The notes: a model not told the origin generated them from the letters alone. 64,000 nt of DNA from Vicinamibacteria bacterium (GCA_963806705.1 CAWDZE010000015.1:141127-205126); one strand, 5' to 3'. Counted from the first letter of the stretch, positions 18,866 to 28,018 are shown. Numbers and translations: made by a program.

Positions 18866-19947
18866 GCGAAGCGCGCCATCTGGTCGGCGATTTCCCGGTG
18901 TGCGTCAGTCGCGAGCAAGTCGGCGAGCGTTCCTGCCGGCGACGGCAGCGACGTGAGGAACCGCTCTTTGGCCCGACGCTGATGAGCCAGTGCCTGCTCG
19001 ACGCGCGCGTACGGGAGTTCGTTGTGTTCGACCGCTCGAATCAGCGCCTCGATGGTCGCGGCCTGCAGGTCATGATTGCCGCTGCACACCAGCACGGCGT
19101 CGCACCCGGCCGCGATGGCCGCGACACAGGCATCGGGCACCGGCATCCGGGCCGCGATGGCCTTCATCTCCATGTCGTCGGTGAAGATCAGGCCGTCGAA
19201 GCCAAGCTCGTCGCGAAGCAACCCTTGCACGATTTCGCGCGACAGCGTGCCTGGCCTCGCTTCGTCGAAAGCCGGCACAAGCACGTGACAACTCATCAGC
19301 GAGGCGACATCGGCGGCGATCGCGGCGCGAAACGGCACGAACTCGACGGCGCGGAGCCGTTCGGGCTCGTGCTCGATCAGCGGAAGGTCGTGATGCGAAT
19401 CGGCAAGCGTGTCGCCGTGGCCCGGGAAGTGCTTCCCACATGCGGCGATTCCGCCGCGTTGCAGCTCCTCGATCAGGGCCACGCCGAGCGTCGCGACCTC
19501 GTCGGCGCGCTCGGCCAGCGCCCGGTCGCCGATCACCGTGTTTTTCGGGTTGGTGAAGATGTCGAGCACCGGCGCGAAATCAAGCGTGATGCCGACCGCA
19601 CGCAGTTCGACGGCCAGGGCGCGCGCGAACCGCCGCGCCAGCTCGACGTCGCCGCTGCGGCCAAGTGTCGCCATGGGCGGCCACAGCGTGAACCCGCGCT
19701 TGAACCGCGCGACGCGGCCGCCCTCTTGATCCACGCTGACCCACGGCGGCAGATCGCGCCTCAGCGTCGCGATCTCGCGCGACACCTCGGCGATCTGCGC
19801 GGGCTCCTCGACATTGCGCGCGAAGTACACCACGCCGCCGAGCGAGAACTCGCGCGCCAGCGCGCGGAGCTCCACCGTGAGGCTCGTGCCGGCAAACCCG
19901 GCCATGAGCAGCTGTCCGATCTGGTGGCGAAGATGCACGGGCGACAT
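18862..19947 (-). CDS. nagZ: beta-N-acetylhexosaminidase, GH3 (NagZ)
   Basis: IGQLLMAGF, VSVDQEGGRVARF, KHFPGHGDT and FTDDMEMKA are GH3 NagZ motifs. Confidence 0.9.
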   Translation of the reverse strand: MSPVHLRHQIGQLLMAGFAGTSLTVELRALAREFSLGGVVYFARNVEEPAQIAEVSREIATLRRDLPPWVSVDQEGGRVARFKRGFTLWPPMATLGRSGDVELARRFARALAVELRAVGITLDFAPVLDIFTNPKNTVIGDRALAERADEVATLGVALIEELQRGGIAACGKHFPGHGDTLADSHHDLPLIEHEPERLRAVEFVPFRAAIAADVASLMSCHVLVPAFDEARPGTLSREIVQGLLRDELGFDGLIFTDDMEMKAIAARMPVPDACVAAIAAGCDAVLVCSGNHDLQAATIEALIRAVEHNELPYARVEQALAHQRRAKERFLTSLPSPAGTLADLLATDAHREIADQMARFA

Positions 19948-21763
19948 GAAGGGCGGACGTGGAGGGGACCGTCGGTGCCGCCATTATAATGCCAGCAACG
20001 CCGTGGACAACGCCGCTATCGCCCGCCTGCTCTTCGAGATCGGAGACCTGCTCGAGATTCGAGGCGACAACCCGTTCAAGATTCGCGCGTACCGCAATGC
20101 CGGCGAAACGGTGACCGCCGAACCGACGTCGGTGGCTGCCTTCGACGAGGCGGGCCTGCGCGCGTTGCCGGGGATCGGACGCGACCTGGCCGCGCGCATC
20201 CGCGAAATCGTCGAGACCGGCGACACGCCGTTTCGAACCGAGCTGCTCGCCGACTTTCCCGCGACGATCCTCGACCTGCTCCGGCTGCAGGGGGTTGGCC
20301 CCAAGACGGTGAAGCGTCTGTATGACGAGCTGGGCGTCACGTCCCTCGACACACTGGAACAGGCGGCCGGCGACGGCCGCGTTCGCGCGCTCAAGGGCAT
20401 GGGGGTCAAGAAGGAAGTGCTCATCCTGCGCGCCATCGAGGAGCGTCGCCGCTACGCCGGGCGCCACCTGTCCGCCGATGTCGCCCGTGTCGCCGGCCGT
20501 GTGGTCGAGGCGTTGCGCGCCGCGGAGCCGGCCGCCGACTTCGTCCCGGTCGGAAGCCTTCGCCGTCGGGCGGAGACATGTGGCGATCTCGACATTCTCG
20601 CCGTCGGCGCGAGCGCGGCGGTCATGCAGACATTCACGGCGCTGCCACAGGTGACACGCGTACTCGGCCTTGGCGACACCAAGTCGAGCGTGCTGCTCGA
20701 CTTGGGCCTCCAGGCGGATCTCCGGCTCGTCACGCCAGGGCAAAAGGGCGCCGCGCTTCAGTATTTCACGGGCTCGAAAGCGCACAACATCGCTCTGCGC
20801 GATCGGGCGATTGCGCTGGGCCTGCGCCTGAACGAGTACGGCGTGACCCGCCTGTCCGATGGCGTGGTGGTGGCCGGAGCCACTGAAGAGGACGTCTACG
20901 CCGCGCTCGGTCTGGCGTGGGTCCCACCGGAACTCCGCGAGAACCGCGGCGAGGTCGAAGCCGCCGAGCGGCATGCGTTGCCGACGCTCATTACGCGCCA
21001 GGACCTGCGCGGCGACCTGCACAGCCACACCAATGCCACAGACGGCAAGGAAGACCTCGAGACCATGGCGCGTGCGGCACGCGCGGCCGGACTCGAGTAC
21101 CTGGCGGTGACCGACCATAGCCAGGCGCTGGCAATGGCCAACGGCCTCGACGAACGCCGGGCGCTGGAGCAGGCGGCTCGCATCCGCGCCCTCAGCGCCC
21201 GTCTGGACGGCATCCGCCTGCTGGCGGGCATCGAGTGCGACATCAGGAGCGATGGCACGCTCGATCTGGCCGAAGACTGCCTCGCACAGCTCGACTTCGT
21301 CGTCGCATCGGTGCACTCCGGATTCGGGCTCGAACCAGCGGCGATGACCGACCGCCTGCTGGCCGCCATTGCGTCCCCGTGGGTTGATGTCATCGGGCAC
21401 CCCACCGGCCGGCTGCTCCTGCGGCGCGAGCCGCTGCGCTTCGATGTGGACGCCGTCCTCACGGCGGCAGCCGCTTCCGGTGTCGCGCTGGAAATCAACT
21501 GCCAGATCGATCGTCTGGACGTCGGTGACACGGTGGCCCGGGCCGCGCGCGATCGCGGGATCCCGCTGATTATCTCGAGCGATGCGCACACGACGGGCGA
21601 ATTCGACACGCTCGAATGGGGTATCGGCGTCGCACGTCGCGCGTGGCTTTCGCCCGGCGACGTCCTGAATACGCGTCCGCTGGAGGCGCTGACGCCACTG
21701 CTCCGCCGCCACCGCCAACACCGGGAGAAGCGGGCTTCAAACCCGCCCAAAGCCAGCCGATGA
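19946..21763 (+). CDS. polX: family X DNA polymerase with C-terminal PHP domain (PolX)
   Basis: N-terminal NAAIARLLFEIGDLLEIRGDNPFKIRAYRNA, the GSLRRRAETCGDLDIL nucleotidyltransferase motif, and PHP motifs DLHSHTNATDG and ISSDAH. The start is uncertain: ATG 19946 overlaps the nagZ start divergently, and GTG 20003 gives a more typical N-terminus. Confidence 0.88.
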   Translation: MKGGRGGDRRCRHYNASNAVDNAAIARLLFEIGDLLEIRGDNPFKIRAYRNAGETVTAEPTSVAAFDEAGLRALPGIGRDLAARIREIVETGDTPFRTELLADFPATILDLLRLQGVGPKTVKRLYDELGVTSLDTLEQAAGDGRVRALKGMGVKKEVLILRAIEERRRYAGRHLSADVARVAGRVVEALRAAEPAADFVPVGSLRRRAETCGDLDILAVGASAAVMQTFTALPQVTRVLGLGDTKSSVLLDLGLQADLRLVTPGQKGAALQYFTGSKAHNIALRDRAIALGLRLNEYGVTRLSDGVVVAGATEEDVYAALGLAWVPPELRENRGEVEAAERHALPTLITRQDLRGDLHSHTNATDGKEDLETMARAARAAGLEYLAVTDHSQALAMANGLDERRALEQAARIRALSARLDGIRLLAGIECDIRSDGTLDLAEDCLAQLDFVVASVHSGFGLEPAAMTDRLLAAIASPWVDVIGHPTGRLLLRREPLRFDVDAVLTAAAASGVALEINCQIDRLDVGDTVARAARDRGIPLIISSDAHTTGEFDTLEWGIGVARRAWLSPGDVLNTRPLEALTPLLRRHRQHREKRASNPPKASR

Positions 21764-22017
21764 GCAAGCTGCTGCCCATGCTCGACCCGTTCGACGAGAT
21801 CAAGCGGATCTATTTCTCGACGACCAAGCAGACGATCGAACGCGACATGGCGCGCGCGCTCGAGCTGCTGACCCACATGCCCACCGACGACGCGCGGCAA
21901 CGCGTCGCCGGCTTCATGCACGGCCTGTCGGATCTGAAGCGGGAGTGGAAACCCAGGAAGAAGACGAACCCGCGAGCGCCGAAAGCCAGGCCCGGGCGGC
22001 CAAAGCCCCGAGCGTAG
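21760..22017 (+). CDS. small hypothetical protein (85 aa) with basic C-terminal tail
   Basis: ATG 21760 forms an ATGA overlap with the polX stop. Sequence is MSKLLPMLDPFDEIKRIYFSTTKQTIERDMARALELL...KREWKPRKKTNPRAPKARPGRPKPRA. Confidence 0.55.
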   Translation: MSKLLPMLDPFDEIKRIYFSTTKQTIERDMARALELLTHMPTDDARQRVAGFMHGLSDLKREWKPRKKTNPRAPKARPGRPKPRA

Positions 22018-22021
22018 GCGT

Positions 22022-22831
22022 CTACGAGAGCCGGTTCGCTGCCGCGCGCTTTCGCGCCGCGATGCGGAGAGGTTCGGGCACGTTGCGGTCCAGGGCGAGC
22101 AGCCTGACATCCTTGTCGTTGACGCGCTGCAGCAACGTCATTGAAATGGCCAGCGGCGTCTTGGGATTGCGTACCAGTCCGGCCACCACGCCATAGTTCT
22201 TGGTCCAGGAGCGGTTGGTCCCGATGACACGCAGGACGTCCTCGGCGACATTGGCCATCTTGGCGAACTGCTCGACTTCGGTGTCGGTCAGCTTGGGGCT
22301 GCTCAGCACGGCCGCCGCCACCAGCCTGTTGGGATCGCGCACCAGCACCGAGCGTTGTTCCCGTGTGCCGCGTGTGGCCAGCTTCATGCGCTCGATGATG
22401 CTGAGCGACGACAGCGCCTTGACGTCGGCTGCCTGGGGAGCGTCCTCAGCGGGGGCGTCGGCTGGCGGCGCGCCTTCAGGCGGCGCTTCGGGCAGCGGCT
22501 CGGATGCAGCAGTGTCGATCAGGGGAGCCTCGGAGTCCTCGACCACCCCGCCCGGCGTGAAGCCAAGCCCCGTGAAGAACTGCCGCATTTCGCCCGGCAC
22601 GTCCGAGCGGCCGATGAACGCCTCCAGGGCCGCCCGCGGCAGCCGTTCGATCGTCTGCGCAGCGGCGCCGGCGACCTCCGGATCGCCGTCGTCTTTGAGG
22701 ATGAGCAACAACGCGAGCTGATCGAGCGCACGGGGCGCAAATGCCCCTTGCGCGGCCAGCAGCCGCACGTCACGCGCGACTTCGCCGCGACGGAAGAAAT
22801 CCACCAACGGGGTTCGAAGACCGGGATCCAT
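22022..22831 (-). CDS. hypothetical protein with helical (HEAT/ARM-like) repeats
   Basis: 269-aa ORF with balanced composition, two helical repeat blocks and an acidic/Pro-rich linker. I do not recognise a family. Confidence 0.6.
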   Translation of the reverse strand: MDPGLRTPLVDFFRRGEVARDVRLLAAQGAFAPRALDQLALLLILKDDGDPEVAGAAAQTIERLPRAALEAFIGRSDVPGEMRQFFTGLGFTPGGVVEDSEAPLIDTAASEPLPEAPPEGAPPADAPAEDAPQAADVKALSSLSIIERMKLATRGTREQRSVLVRDPNRLVAAAVLSSPKLTDTEVEQFAKMANVAEDVLRVIGTNRSWTKNYGVVAGLVRNPKTPLAISMTLLQRVNDKDVRLLALDRNVPEPLRIAARKRAAANRLS

Positions 22832-22855
22832 GGGAGGCGCGTGACGTCGACGCGC

Positions 22856-23665
22856 TCAGTGCGTCTCGAGCAGGCTGGCGGCGTTGGACGAATCGATGCG
22901 GAGCGTCACGACCTGTCCAGCCCGGCCCAGCGAACGGACCGGCGAGCCATTGAGCCGCAGGCGGACGGCGCTGGCATCCCCCACCTTGATTCGCAGTTCG
23001 CTGACCGCGCGCACAGCTTCTTCTTCGCCGACGCCCATCAGACGCGAGACGACCTCACGCCCGTCCGCGACGATCGAGACCCAGCACTCGGCTCGCGCGG
23101 TGAGGTGCAGCGTGAGAGCCGATGCCGCGGCGGCCGGCGACGCCTCGGGGATCGCTCCGCCGGCAGGCACGACGTCGGACGCCGGTCGCGCTGGCGCGGA
23201 TAGTGGAACATCTGCGTGCGGGGTCGCGACGCGTTCGGCAGTGGGGGCGGGCTCGGGAGTTGGTGTCGCGTTCCGGCCGCCAAACGCCATCCACCCGACA
23301 AGCGCGAGCGCCGGGATCGCCAGCGCAGCCCCGCGCAAGATGCCGGCCGGCACGCGAAACGTCAAGTCGTCATCAGATTGGTCGACGCTGAGCGCGGCCG
23401 GTCCATCGACGACCTCCGGAAACTGCGCGAAGAATTCGCTCACGGTCTGCTCGACGTCCAGCTTCAACTCGCTGGCATACGCGCGGACGAACGAGCGCGC
23501 GAAGATGCCGCCCGGCAGCTTCTTCACGTCGTCGCGTTCGATGGCGTCGAGCGCCGACACGGCGATGCGTGTCGTGTTCGCGATCTGGCGGAGCGTCACG
23601 CCCTTGCTCTCCCGCGCAAGCTTCAACCGTGCGCCGACGCTGCCTGTCTCTGACCGCTCAGTCAT
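22856..23665 (-). CDS. RodZ-like cytoskeleton protein (HTH_XRE N-terminus, TM segment, DUF4115-like C-terminus)
   Basis: GARLKLARESKGVTLRQIANTTRIAVSALDAIERDDVKKLPGGIFARSFVRAYASELKLD is the characteristic RodZ N-terminal region. A hydrophobic segment follows, then a C-terminal beta-rich domain. Confidence 0.8.
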   Translation of the reverse strand: MTERSETGSVGARLKLARESKGVTLRQIANTTRIAVSALDAIERDDVKKLPGGIFARSFVRAYASELKLDVEQTVSEFFAQFPEVVDGPAALSVDQSDDDLTFRVPAGILRGAALAIPALALVGWMAFGGRNATPTPEPAPTAERVATPHADVPLSAPARPASDVVPAGGAIPEASPAAAASALTLHLTARAECWVSIVADGREVVSRLMGVGEEEAVRAVSELRIKVGDASAVRLRLNGSPVRSLGRAGQVVTLRIDSSNAASLLETH

Positions 23666-24371
23666 TGCCGCTCATGTTGGGAAAGGGGAGGGTCGAGTCA
23701 AACGCCATTCGCACGCGTCGGACGCCCTCATGCACAGTATCTCCGATCCTGGACGGGTCCGACGGAAGGAAGGCGTCGATGGCGGCCAGCCCGGCTGCGC
23801 CGGTGCGCGCCACGGCAGCCGCCTGCTCCGGCCCGATGCCGCCAATTCCAAGCACAGGAATCGGCGCTGCGGCGGCGACGGCGGCCGCCAGCCCGGCAAG
23901 CCCCGTCGTCGTCCAGTCCGCCGGTTTTGACCGCGTGGGAAACACGCTGCCGAAGACCAAATAGGTGGCGCCGGCACCGACGCCCGTTTCTATCTCGGTC
24001 ACCGAGTGCACCGAGCGCCCCACGAGCCAGGCCGGTGGCACCAGTCGGAGGGCGCTTCTGACCGGCACCGACGTGCTCTTGAGATGGACCCCGTCAGCCT
24101 GACTGGCCAGCGCGACATCCAGACGGTCGTTGACCACGACCCGGGTGTGCGAGGCCACCCGAGCGCGAATGGCGCGGATCAGCGCAACCAGGGCCCTGGC
24201 TCGCAGGTCGGGCTCGCGCACCTGAATCAGCGTCACGCCAGCCTCAGAGGCCGCCGAGGCCTGGGTCAGCAGCGCGTCGATCGTTGCGGCGCTGTCGGGG
24301 AGGGAACCGAGTCGAGCGCCGAGGCGGCGGCGGTCGGTCACCAGACACAGAACCGGCAGAGTCAGGCTCAC
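23658..24371 (-). CDS. thiE: thiamine-phosphate synthase
   Basis: LCLVTDRR..., VTLIQVREPDL, GADGVHL and YLVFGSVFPT...IPVLGIGGI are ThiE motifs. Start placed at GTG 24371, which forms a GTGA overlap with the upstream small membrane gene. Confidence 0.85.
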   Translation of the reverse strand: MSLTLPVLCLVTDRRRLGARLGSLPDSAATIDALLTQASAASEAGVTLIQVREPDLRARALVALIRAIRARVASHTRVVVNDRLDVALASQADGVHLKSTSVPVRSALRLVPPAWLVGRSVHSVTEIETGVGAGATYLVFGSVFPTRSKPADWTTTGLAGLAAAVAAAAPIPVLGIGGIGPEQAAAVARTGAAGLAAIDAFLPSDPSRIGDTVHEGVRRVRMAFDSTLPFPNMSGND

Positions 24372-24619
24372 GTGCCGCGGGCGGTTCGGGGCCGCTCGAA
24401 CCAGTGGCTCACCACGGCGCTCACCTCGGCCAGGCCCAAAGCGATGTTCAGCAGGCCAAGGCCCGAGACCGCTCCGCGCGCGTAGCTGCTCACGATCCAG
24501 GGCTGGATGAGGGGGACAAGGTCGAACACGTAGTTGCGGTCCCAGAACACGGTCCACGGCAGGATCACGAGCAGAAGGCCTACCTCCAGGAAGTAAGCCG
24601 CGTAAAGCAGACGCCGCAC
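24368..24619 (-). CDS. small membrane protein (83 aa), unknown function
   Basis: MRRLLYAAYFLEVGLLLVILPWTVFWDRNYVFDLVPLIQPWIVSS...GLGLLNIALGLAEVSAVV has 2-3 hydrophobic helices. It is tightly packed between the TPR gene and thiE. Confidence 0.6.
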   Translation of the reverse strand: MRRLLYAAYFLEVGLLLVILPWTVFWDRNYVFDLVPLIQPWIVSSYARGAVSGLGLLNIALGLAEVSAVVSHWFERPRTARGT

Positions 24620-24624
24620 CCCGT

Positions 24625-25083
24625 TCAGCCCCCCGCCTGCGCCCGGGTCAGCCTCTGGATTCGACTGCTCACATCCCGGAACTCCCCGGCATCCGAGCGC
24701 AATTCCAGGTAGACCGCCAGCGCACGCGCGGTTTCATCGGCGGCCTCGAGTGTCTGACCGAGTTCGAACAGCAACTCGCGTCCTGCATCCGGCGTCGGCG
24801 CCGGCGCCTCGGCCGCTCGCTCGAACCACTCCACCGCCGCGGCGACGTTGCCTCGATCCCGGAGCAATCGCGCGACCAGGCTGGCCGCCTCGAATCGACG
24901 GCGGGGGGCGCGCGCCGCCCATCCGAGTTCGCGGATCGCATCGTCGATCATGCCCATGTCACGGTAGGTCAACCCGAGCTTGAACTGCTGTTCGCTCTCG
25001 CTGGCGTCGCTGTCCCGGGACACCTCGTCTCGAAAGTCACGGAACACAGCGTCGAGGTCGGATGATTCTGGCCGGTCGGGCAT
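24625..25083 (-). CDS. tetratricopeptide-repeat protein
   Basis: FKLGLTYRDMGMIDDAIRELGWAA...AVEWFERAAEA...LFELGQTLEAADETARALAVYLEL are TPR-like helical pairs, after an acidic N-terminus. Confidence 0.7.
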   Translation of the reverse strand: MPDRPESSDLDAVFRDFRDEVSRDSDASESEQQFKLGLTYRDMGMIDDAIRELGWAARAPRRRFEAASLVARLLRDRGNVAAAVEWFERAAEAPAPTPDAGRELLFELGQTLEAADETARALAVYLELRSDAGEFRDVSSRIQRLTRAQAGG

Positions 25084-25115
25084 GACCGTTCCTCTCTGTA
25101 AAACGGTGCCAGGTA

Positions 25116-25164
25116 CCTGTCAAGAATGTTAGTCGATACGGCGACCGTTAACATTCTCGACAGG
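25116..25164. repeat. 49-nt inverted repeat (16-bp arms, one mismatch, 17-nt spacer)
   Basis: CCTGTCAAGAATGTTA (25116..25131) pairs with TAACATTCTCGACAGG (25149..25164). It lies in the AT-richer gap between the rnhB stop (25208) and the TPR gene start (25083). Confidence 0.8.
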
Positions 25165-25207
25165 ACCTGGCATCGCGGGGCCTGGCCCCCGTAGCGGACC
25201 AACACCC

Positions 25208-25822
25208 TCAGTCAAACAGGGTTGGCGGCCGGAACGAGCGCCGATGGACCGCCGAATACCCGTATCGGGCGACGGCGTCCAGATGTTCAGCCGTGGCATA
25301 GCCCTTGTGCCTGGCGAACCCATAGCGCGGGTCCTGCGCATCAAGAGCCTGCATTAGGCGGTCGCGCGCCACTTTGGCCACGATGGACGCAGCCGCAATG
25401 GCAGCGCACCGGCGGTCGCCTTTGACAATCCCGCGCTGGGGGATCGCGAGGTCGGGGATGCGGAAGCCGTCCACCAGGACGGCATCCGGGAGGGGCGCCA
25501 GTCGGCCGACGGCCTGTCGCATCGCCTGCAGCGACGCGCGGTGGATGTTGAGTCTATCGATCTCGTCGGCCTCGACGATGGCCACGGCCCACGCCGTGGC
25601 CCGTGCGACGATGAGAGCGGCCAGCAGGTCGCGCTCCTCTGGCGGGACCACCTTCGAGTCGGCCAGCCCCGGGACGTGTGCCGCGGGGTCGAGCACGACG
25701 GCGGCAGCCACGACGGGCCCGGCCAGGCATCCGCGCCCCACCTCGTCCACACCGGCGACGCGGTCGAAACCCAGACGCCGCAGGGCGTTTTCGACCGTCC
25801 GTCGCGCTGAGGATCGGGCCAT
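25208..25822 (-). CDS. rnhB: ribonuclease HII
   Basis: VAGVDEVGRGCLAGPVVAAAVV, DSKVV and SIVAKVARD are RNase HII catalytic motifs. Confidence 0.93.
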   Translation of the reverse strand: MARSSARRTVENALRRLGFDRVAGVDEVGRGCLAGPVVAAAVVLDPAAHVPGLADSKVVPPEERDLLAALIVARATAWAVAIVEADEIDRLNIHRASLQAMRQAVGRLAPLPDAVLVDGFRIPDLAIPQRGIVKGDRRCAAIAAASIVAKVARDRLMQALDAQDPRYGFARHKGYATAEHLDAVARYGYSAVHRRSFRPPTLFD

Positions 25823-25850
25823 GACCCCGTGGGCTGCTGCGTGACGACGA

Positions 25851-26204
25851 TCAGGCCGTGACGGCGCGCTTGGTTTCCTTCATGCGCGCCGCCTTGCCCT
25901 TCAGGTCGCGCAGGAAGTACAGCTTGGCGCGGCGTACGCGAGCCGACCGCACGATCTCCACTTTCTGGATGACCGGCGAATGCAGCGGGAAGATGCGCTC
26001 GACGCCCTGGCCGAACGACACCTTGCGCACCGTGAACGACGCACGAAGGCCGCCGCGGTGCTGGCCGATGACGATCCCCTCGAACACCTGCACGCGTTCC
26101 TTGTCGCCCTCGCGCACTTTGACGTGCACGCGCACGGTGTCGCCTGACTTCATCCGGGGCCGTTGGGCCAGCTGTGCCCGCTCGACCGACTCAATCGCGT
26201 TCAT
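25851..26204 (-). CDS. rplS: 50S ribosomal protein L19
   Basis: [46 protein letters not shown]... Start at ATG 26204, preceded by AAGGAG. Confidence 0.95.
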   Translation of the reverse strand: MNAIESVERAQLAQRPRMKSGDTVRVHVKVREGDKERVQVFEGIVIGQHRGGLRASFTVRKVSFGQGVERIFPLHSPVIQKVEIVRSARVRRAKLYFLRDLKGKAARMKETKRAVTA

Positions 26205-26955
26205 GATCGACTCCTTCTCTCTCTCGCACTGCCTGCTCGTGGGCGGCGCGTTCCAACTCGTCGAGTGCCGCATCCGCGAGCAACTCGGGCCGCAAGGCCA
26301 TCGTACGCCGTACCGCCTCCCGCGCGCGCCAGCGCGCGATCTCCAGATGGTGGCCCGACAGCAGCACCTCGGGCACCGTCAATCCCTGAAACTCCGCGGG
26401 CCGCGTGTAGTGCGGGTAGTCAAGCAACCCGCGCGAAAACGAATCGGCCTCGACCGACCGCTCGTCGCCCACCACACCCGGCACCAGCCGGCTCACCACA
26501 TCGACGATGACCAGCGCGGCCAGCTCGCCGCCGCTCAGCACGTAGTCGCCGATGGAGACTTCCTCGGTCGCCAACTGCTGCCGTACCCGGTCGTCGATGC
26601 CCTCGTACCGCCCGCAGAGAATCACGACGTGCTCGAGTCCTGCCAGCCGCGACGCGTCGGCCTGCGTCAGCTGACGGCCCTGCGGCGAAGTGAGCAGCAC
26701 CGCCCGCGCCTTGCCGCGTGTCGCGCGGATGTGCTCCGCCGCGCGAAAAAACGGCTCGGGCTTCATCACCATGCCCGGCCCGCCGCCATACGGCACATCG
26801 TCGACGACCCGGTGCCGGTCCGTCGTGAAGTCCCGGAGGTCGTGCACCTTCAGGTCGATGACGCCGGCCTCGACTCCCCGCGCCACGACCCCTTCGGCCA
26901 ACGGCTGGTCGAACATCCGCGGGAAGATCGTGACGATGTCGAACTTCATGACCAA
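26191..26955 (-). CDS. trmD: tRNA (guanine37-N1)-methyltransferase
   Basis: [14 protein letters not shown]..., [17 protein letters not shown] and [10 protein letters not shown] are TrmD motifs. Confidence 0.95.
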   Translation of the reverse strand: MVMKFDIVTIFPRMFDQPLAEGVVARGVEAGVIDLKVHDLRDFTTDRHRVVDDVPYGGGPGMVMKPEPFFRAAEHIRATRGKARAVLLTSPQGRQLTQADASRLAGLEHVVILCGRYEGIDDRVRQQLATEEVSIGDYVLSGGELAALVIVDVVSRLVPGVVGDERSVEADSFSRGLLDYPHYTRPAEFQGLTVPEVLLSGHHLEIARWRAREAVRRTMALRPELLADAALDELERAAHEQAVREREGVDHERD

Positions 26956-26961
26956 CGCTGC

Positions 26962-27501
26962 CTAGGTCGAGCGCCGATTCACATCCAGCAGCCCCGCCGG
27001 CGGGTCGATCACGATCCGCCTGGCGGCAACATCGATCGCCACGCAGATCGAGGTGACCAGGGGCACCAGAACCTCCCCGCTCTCCGAGGCAATCGAAAGT
27101 CGATGGTTGCCAGCCTCGCCCTCGACCGCGCGAACCGTGCCGACCGCGTCCCCGCCGATGGTCGCCACCTCACACCCAACGAGCTGGAAGTGGTAGAACG
27201 CGCCCTCGGGCAACGGTTGCAACGCGCCTTCCGGCACCCGTAACTCGGCGCCCCGCAATAACTCGGCGTCGTTCATCGAGGCGACGCCTTCAAGCGTGAG
27301 AACCGGGCGCCCGTTGTGGAACCATGCGTCGACGATGGTCACCTCCGCCGGCTTGCCCGCGCGCACGATCCAGACCCTGGCTCCCGGGACGAACCGCGCC
27401 TCGGGAAAATCGGTGTCCGGATGCACGACGACCGCTCCCCGGTGGCCGTGCGTGCGGCTGATACGGCCGACCAGCACCAGGTCGTCCCAGGCCTCGGCCA
27501 C
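26962..27501 (-). CDS. rimM: 16S rRNA processing protein RimM
   Basis: LVLVGRISRTHGHRGAVVVHPDTDFPEARF... plus a PRC-barrel C-terminus, in the conserved position between the KH gene and trmD. Confidence 0.9.
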   Translation of the reverse strand: MAEAWDDLVLVGRISRTHGHRGAVVVHPDTDFPEARFVPGARVWIVRAGKPAEVTIVDAWFHNGRPVLTLEGVASMNDAELLRGAELRVPEGALQPLPEGAFYHFQLVGCEVATIGGDAVGTVRAVEGEAGNHRLSIASESGEVLVPLVTSICVAIDVAARRIVIDPPAGLLDVNRRST

Positions 27502-27507
27502 GGCGCG

Positions 27508-27756
27508 CTACTCGGGATCGCGGATCTCGAGCGTCGCCCGAATGCCGTGGTGGTTCGCGGTTGCGGCCACCAGCGTGCGCAGCGCCTCGGCGATCCGACC
27601 CTGCCGACCGATCACTTTGCCGGTGTCGCTCTGCGCGACGGTCAGCTCGACGACCGTCGTGCCGCGATGCTGCGCCTCGGTCACCGTGACCTTGTCGGGC
27701 ATGTCGACCAGCGCACGCGCGGCGACTTCCACGATTGCTGCGACCGGGCTGGCCAC
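27508..27756 (-). CDS. KH domain RNA-binding protein (UPF0109/YlqC family)
   Basis: VEVAARALVDMPDKVTVTE...SDTGKVIGRQGRIAEALRTLV carries the KH GxxG motif. GTG start at 27756, one nt after the rpsP stop. Confidence 0.85.
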   Translation of the reverse strand: MASPVAAIVEVAARALVDMPDKVTVTEAQHRGTTVVELTVAQSDTGKVIGRQGRIAEALRTLVAATANHHGIRATLEIRDPE

Positions 27757-27757
27757 G

Positions 27758-28018
27758 TTACTCGGCAACCACAGGCGCAGCCGGCTCCGGCTGACGCGCC
27801 AGCAACGTGCGCACGGTGTCTGACGGGCGCGCACCCTTCGACAGCCAGTAGTTCACGCGCTCGCGGTCGAGTACGAGCTTCTCGGGGTTCGTCCGCGGGT
27901 AGTAGTGCCCGAGGATCTCGACAAACGCGCCGTCGCGCGCCTCGCGATGATTGGCCACCACCACACGGAAGAACGGGCTCTTCTTTGCGCCCACGCGTCT
28001 CATTCGAATTGCCAGCAT
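27758..28018 (-). CDS. rpsP: 30S ribosomal protein S16
   Basis: MLAIRMRRVGAKKSPFFRVVVANHREARDGAFVEILGHYYPR. Confidence 0.95.
   Translation of the reverse strand: MLAIRMRRVGAKKSPFFRVVVANHREARDGAFVEILGHYYPRTNPEKLVLDRERVNYWLSKGARPSDTVRTLLARQPEPAAPVVAE

Noticed and set aside
19580-21721. Very long antisense ORFs in the six-frame track. Examples are 19580..21721 opposite polX, 6408..8126 opposite the DUF2723 gene, 50076..51821 opposite groEL, 55850..58573 opposite rnr, 43212..44879 and 44558..46903 opposite the two-component genes, and 28136..29548 opposite ffh.
   Set aside because: Their translations are Arg/Ala/Gly/Pro/His-rich low-complexity strings with no recognisable motifs. Each lies opposite a gene with unmistakable homology. 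Stop-poor shadow frames are expected at this GC content.
25095-25123. TTGACA-N17-TACAGA on the minus strand as the promoter of the TPR/thiE operon.
   Set aside because: The -10 element ends only 11 nt before the ATG, so the GAGG ribosome-binding site would be excluded from the transcript. It is possible but internally inconsistent, so I did not list it as a feature.
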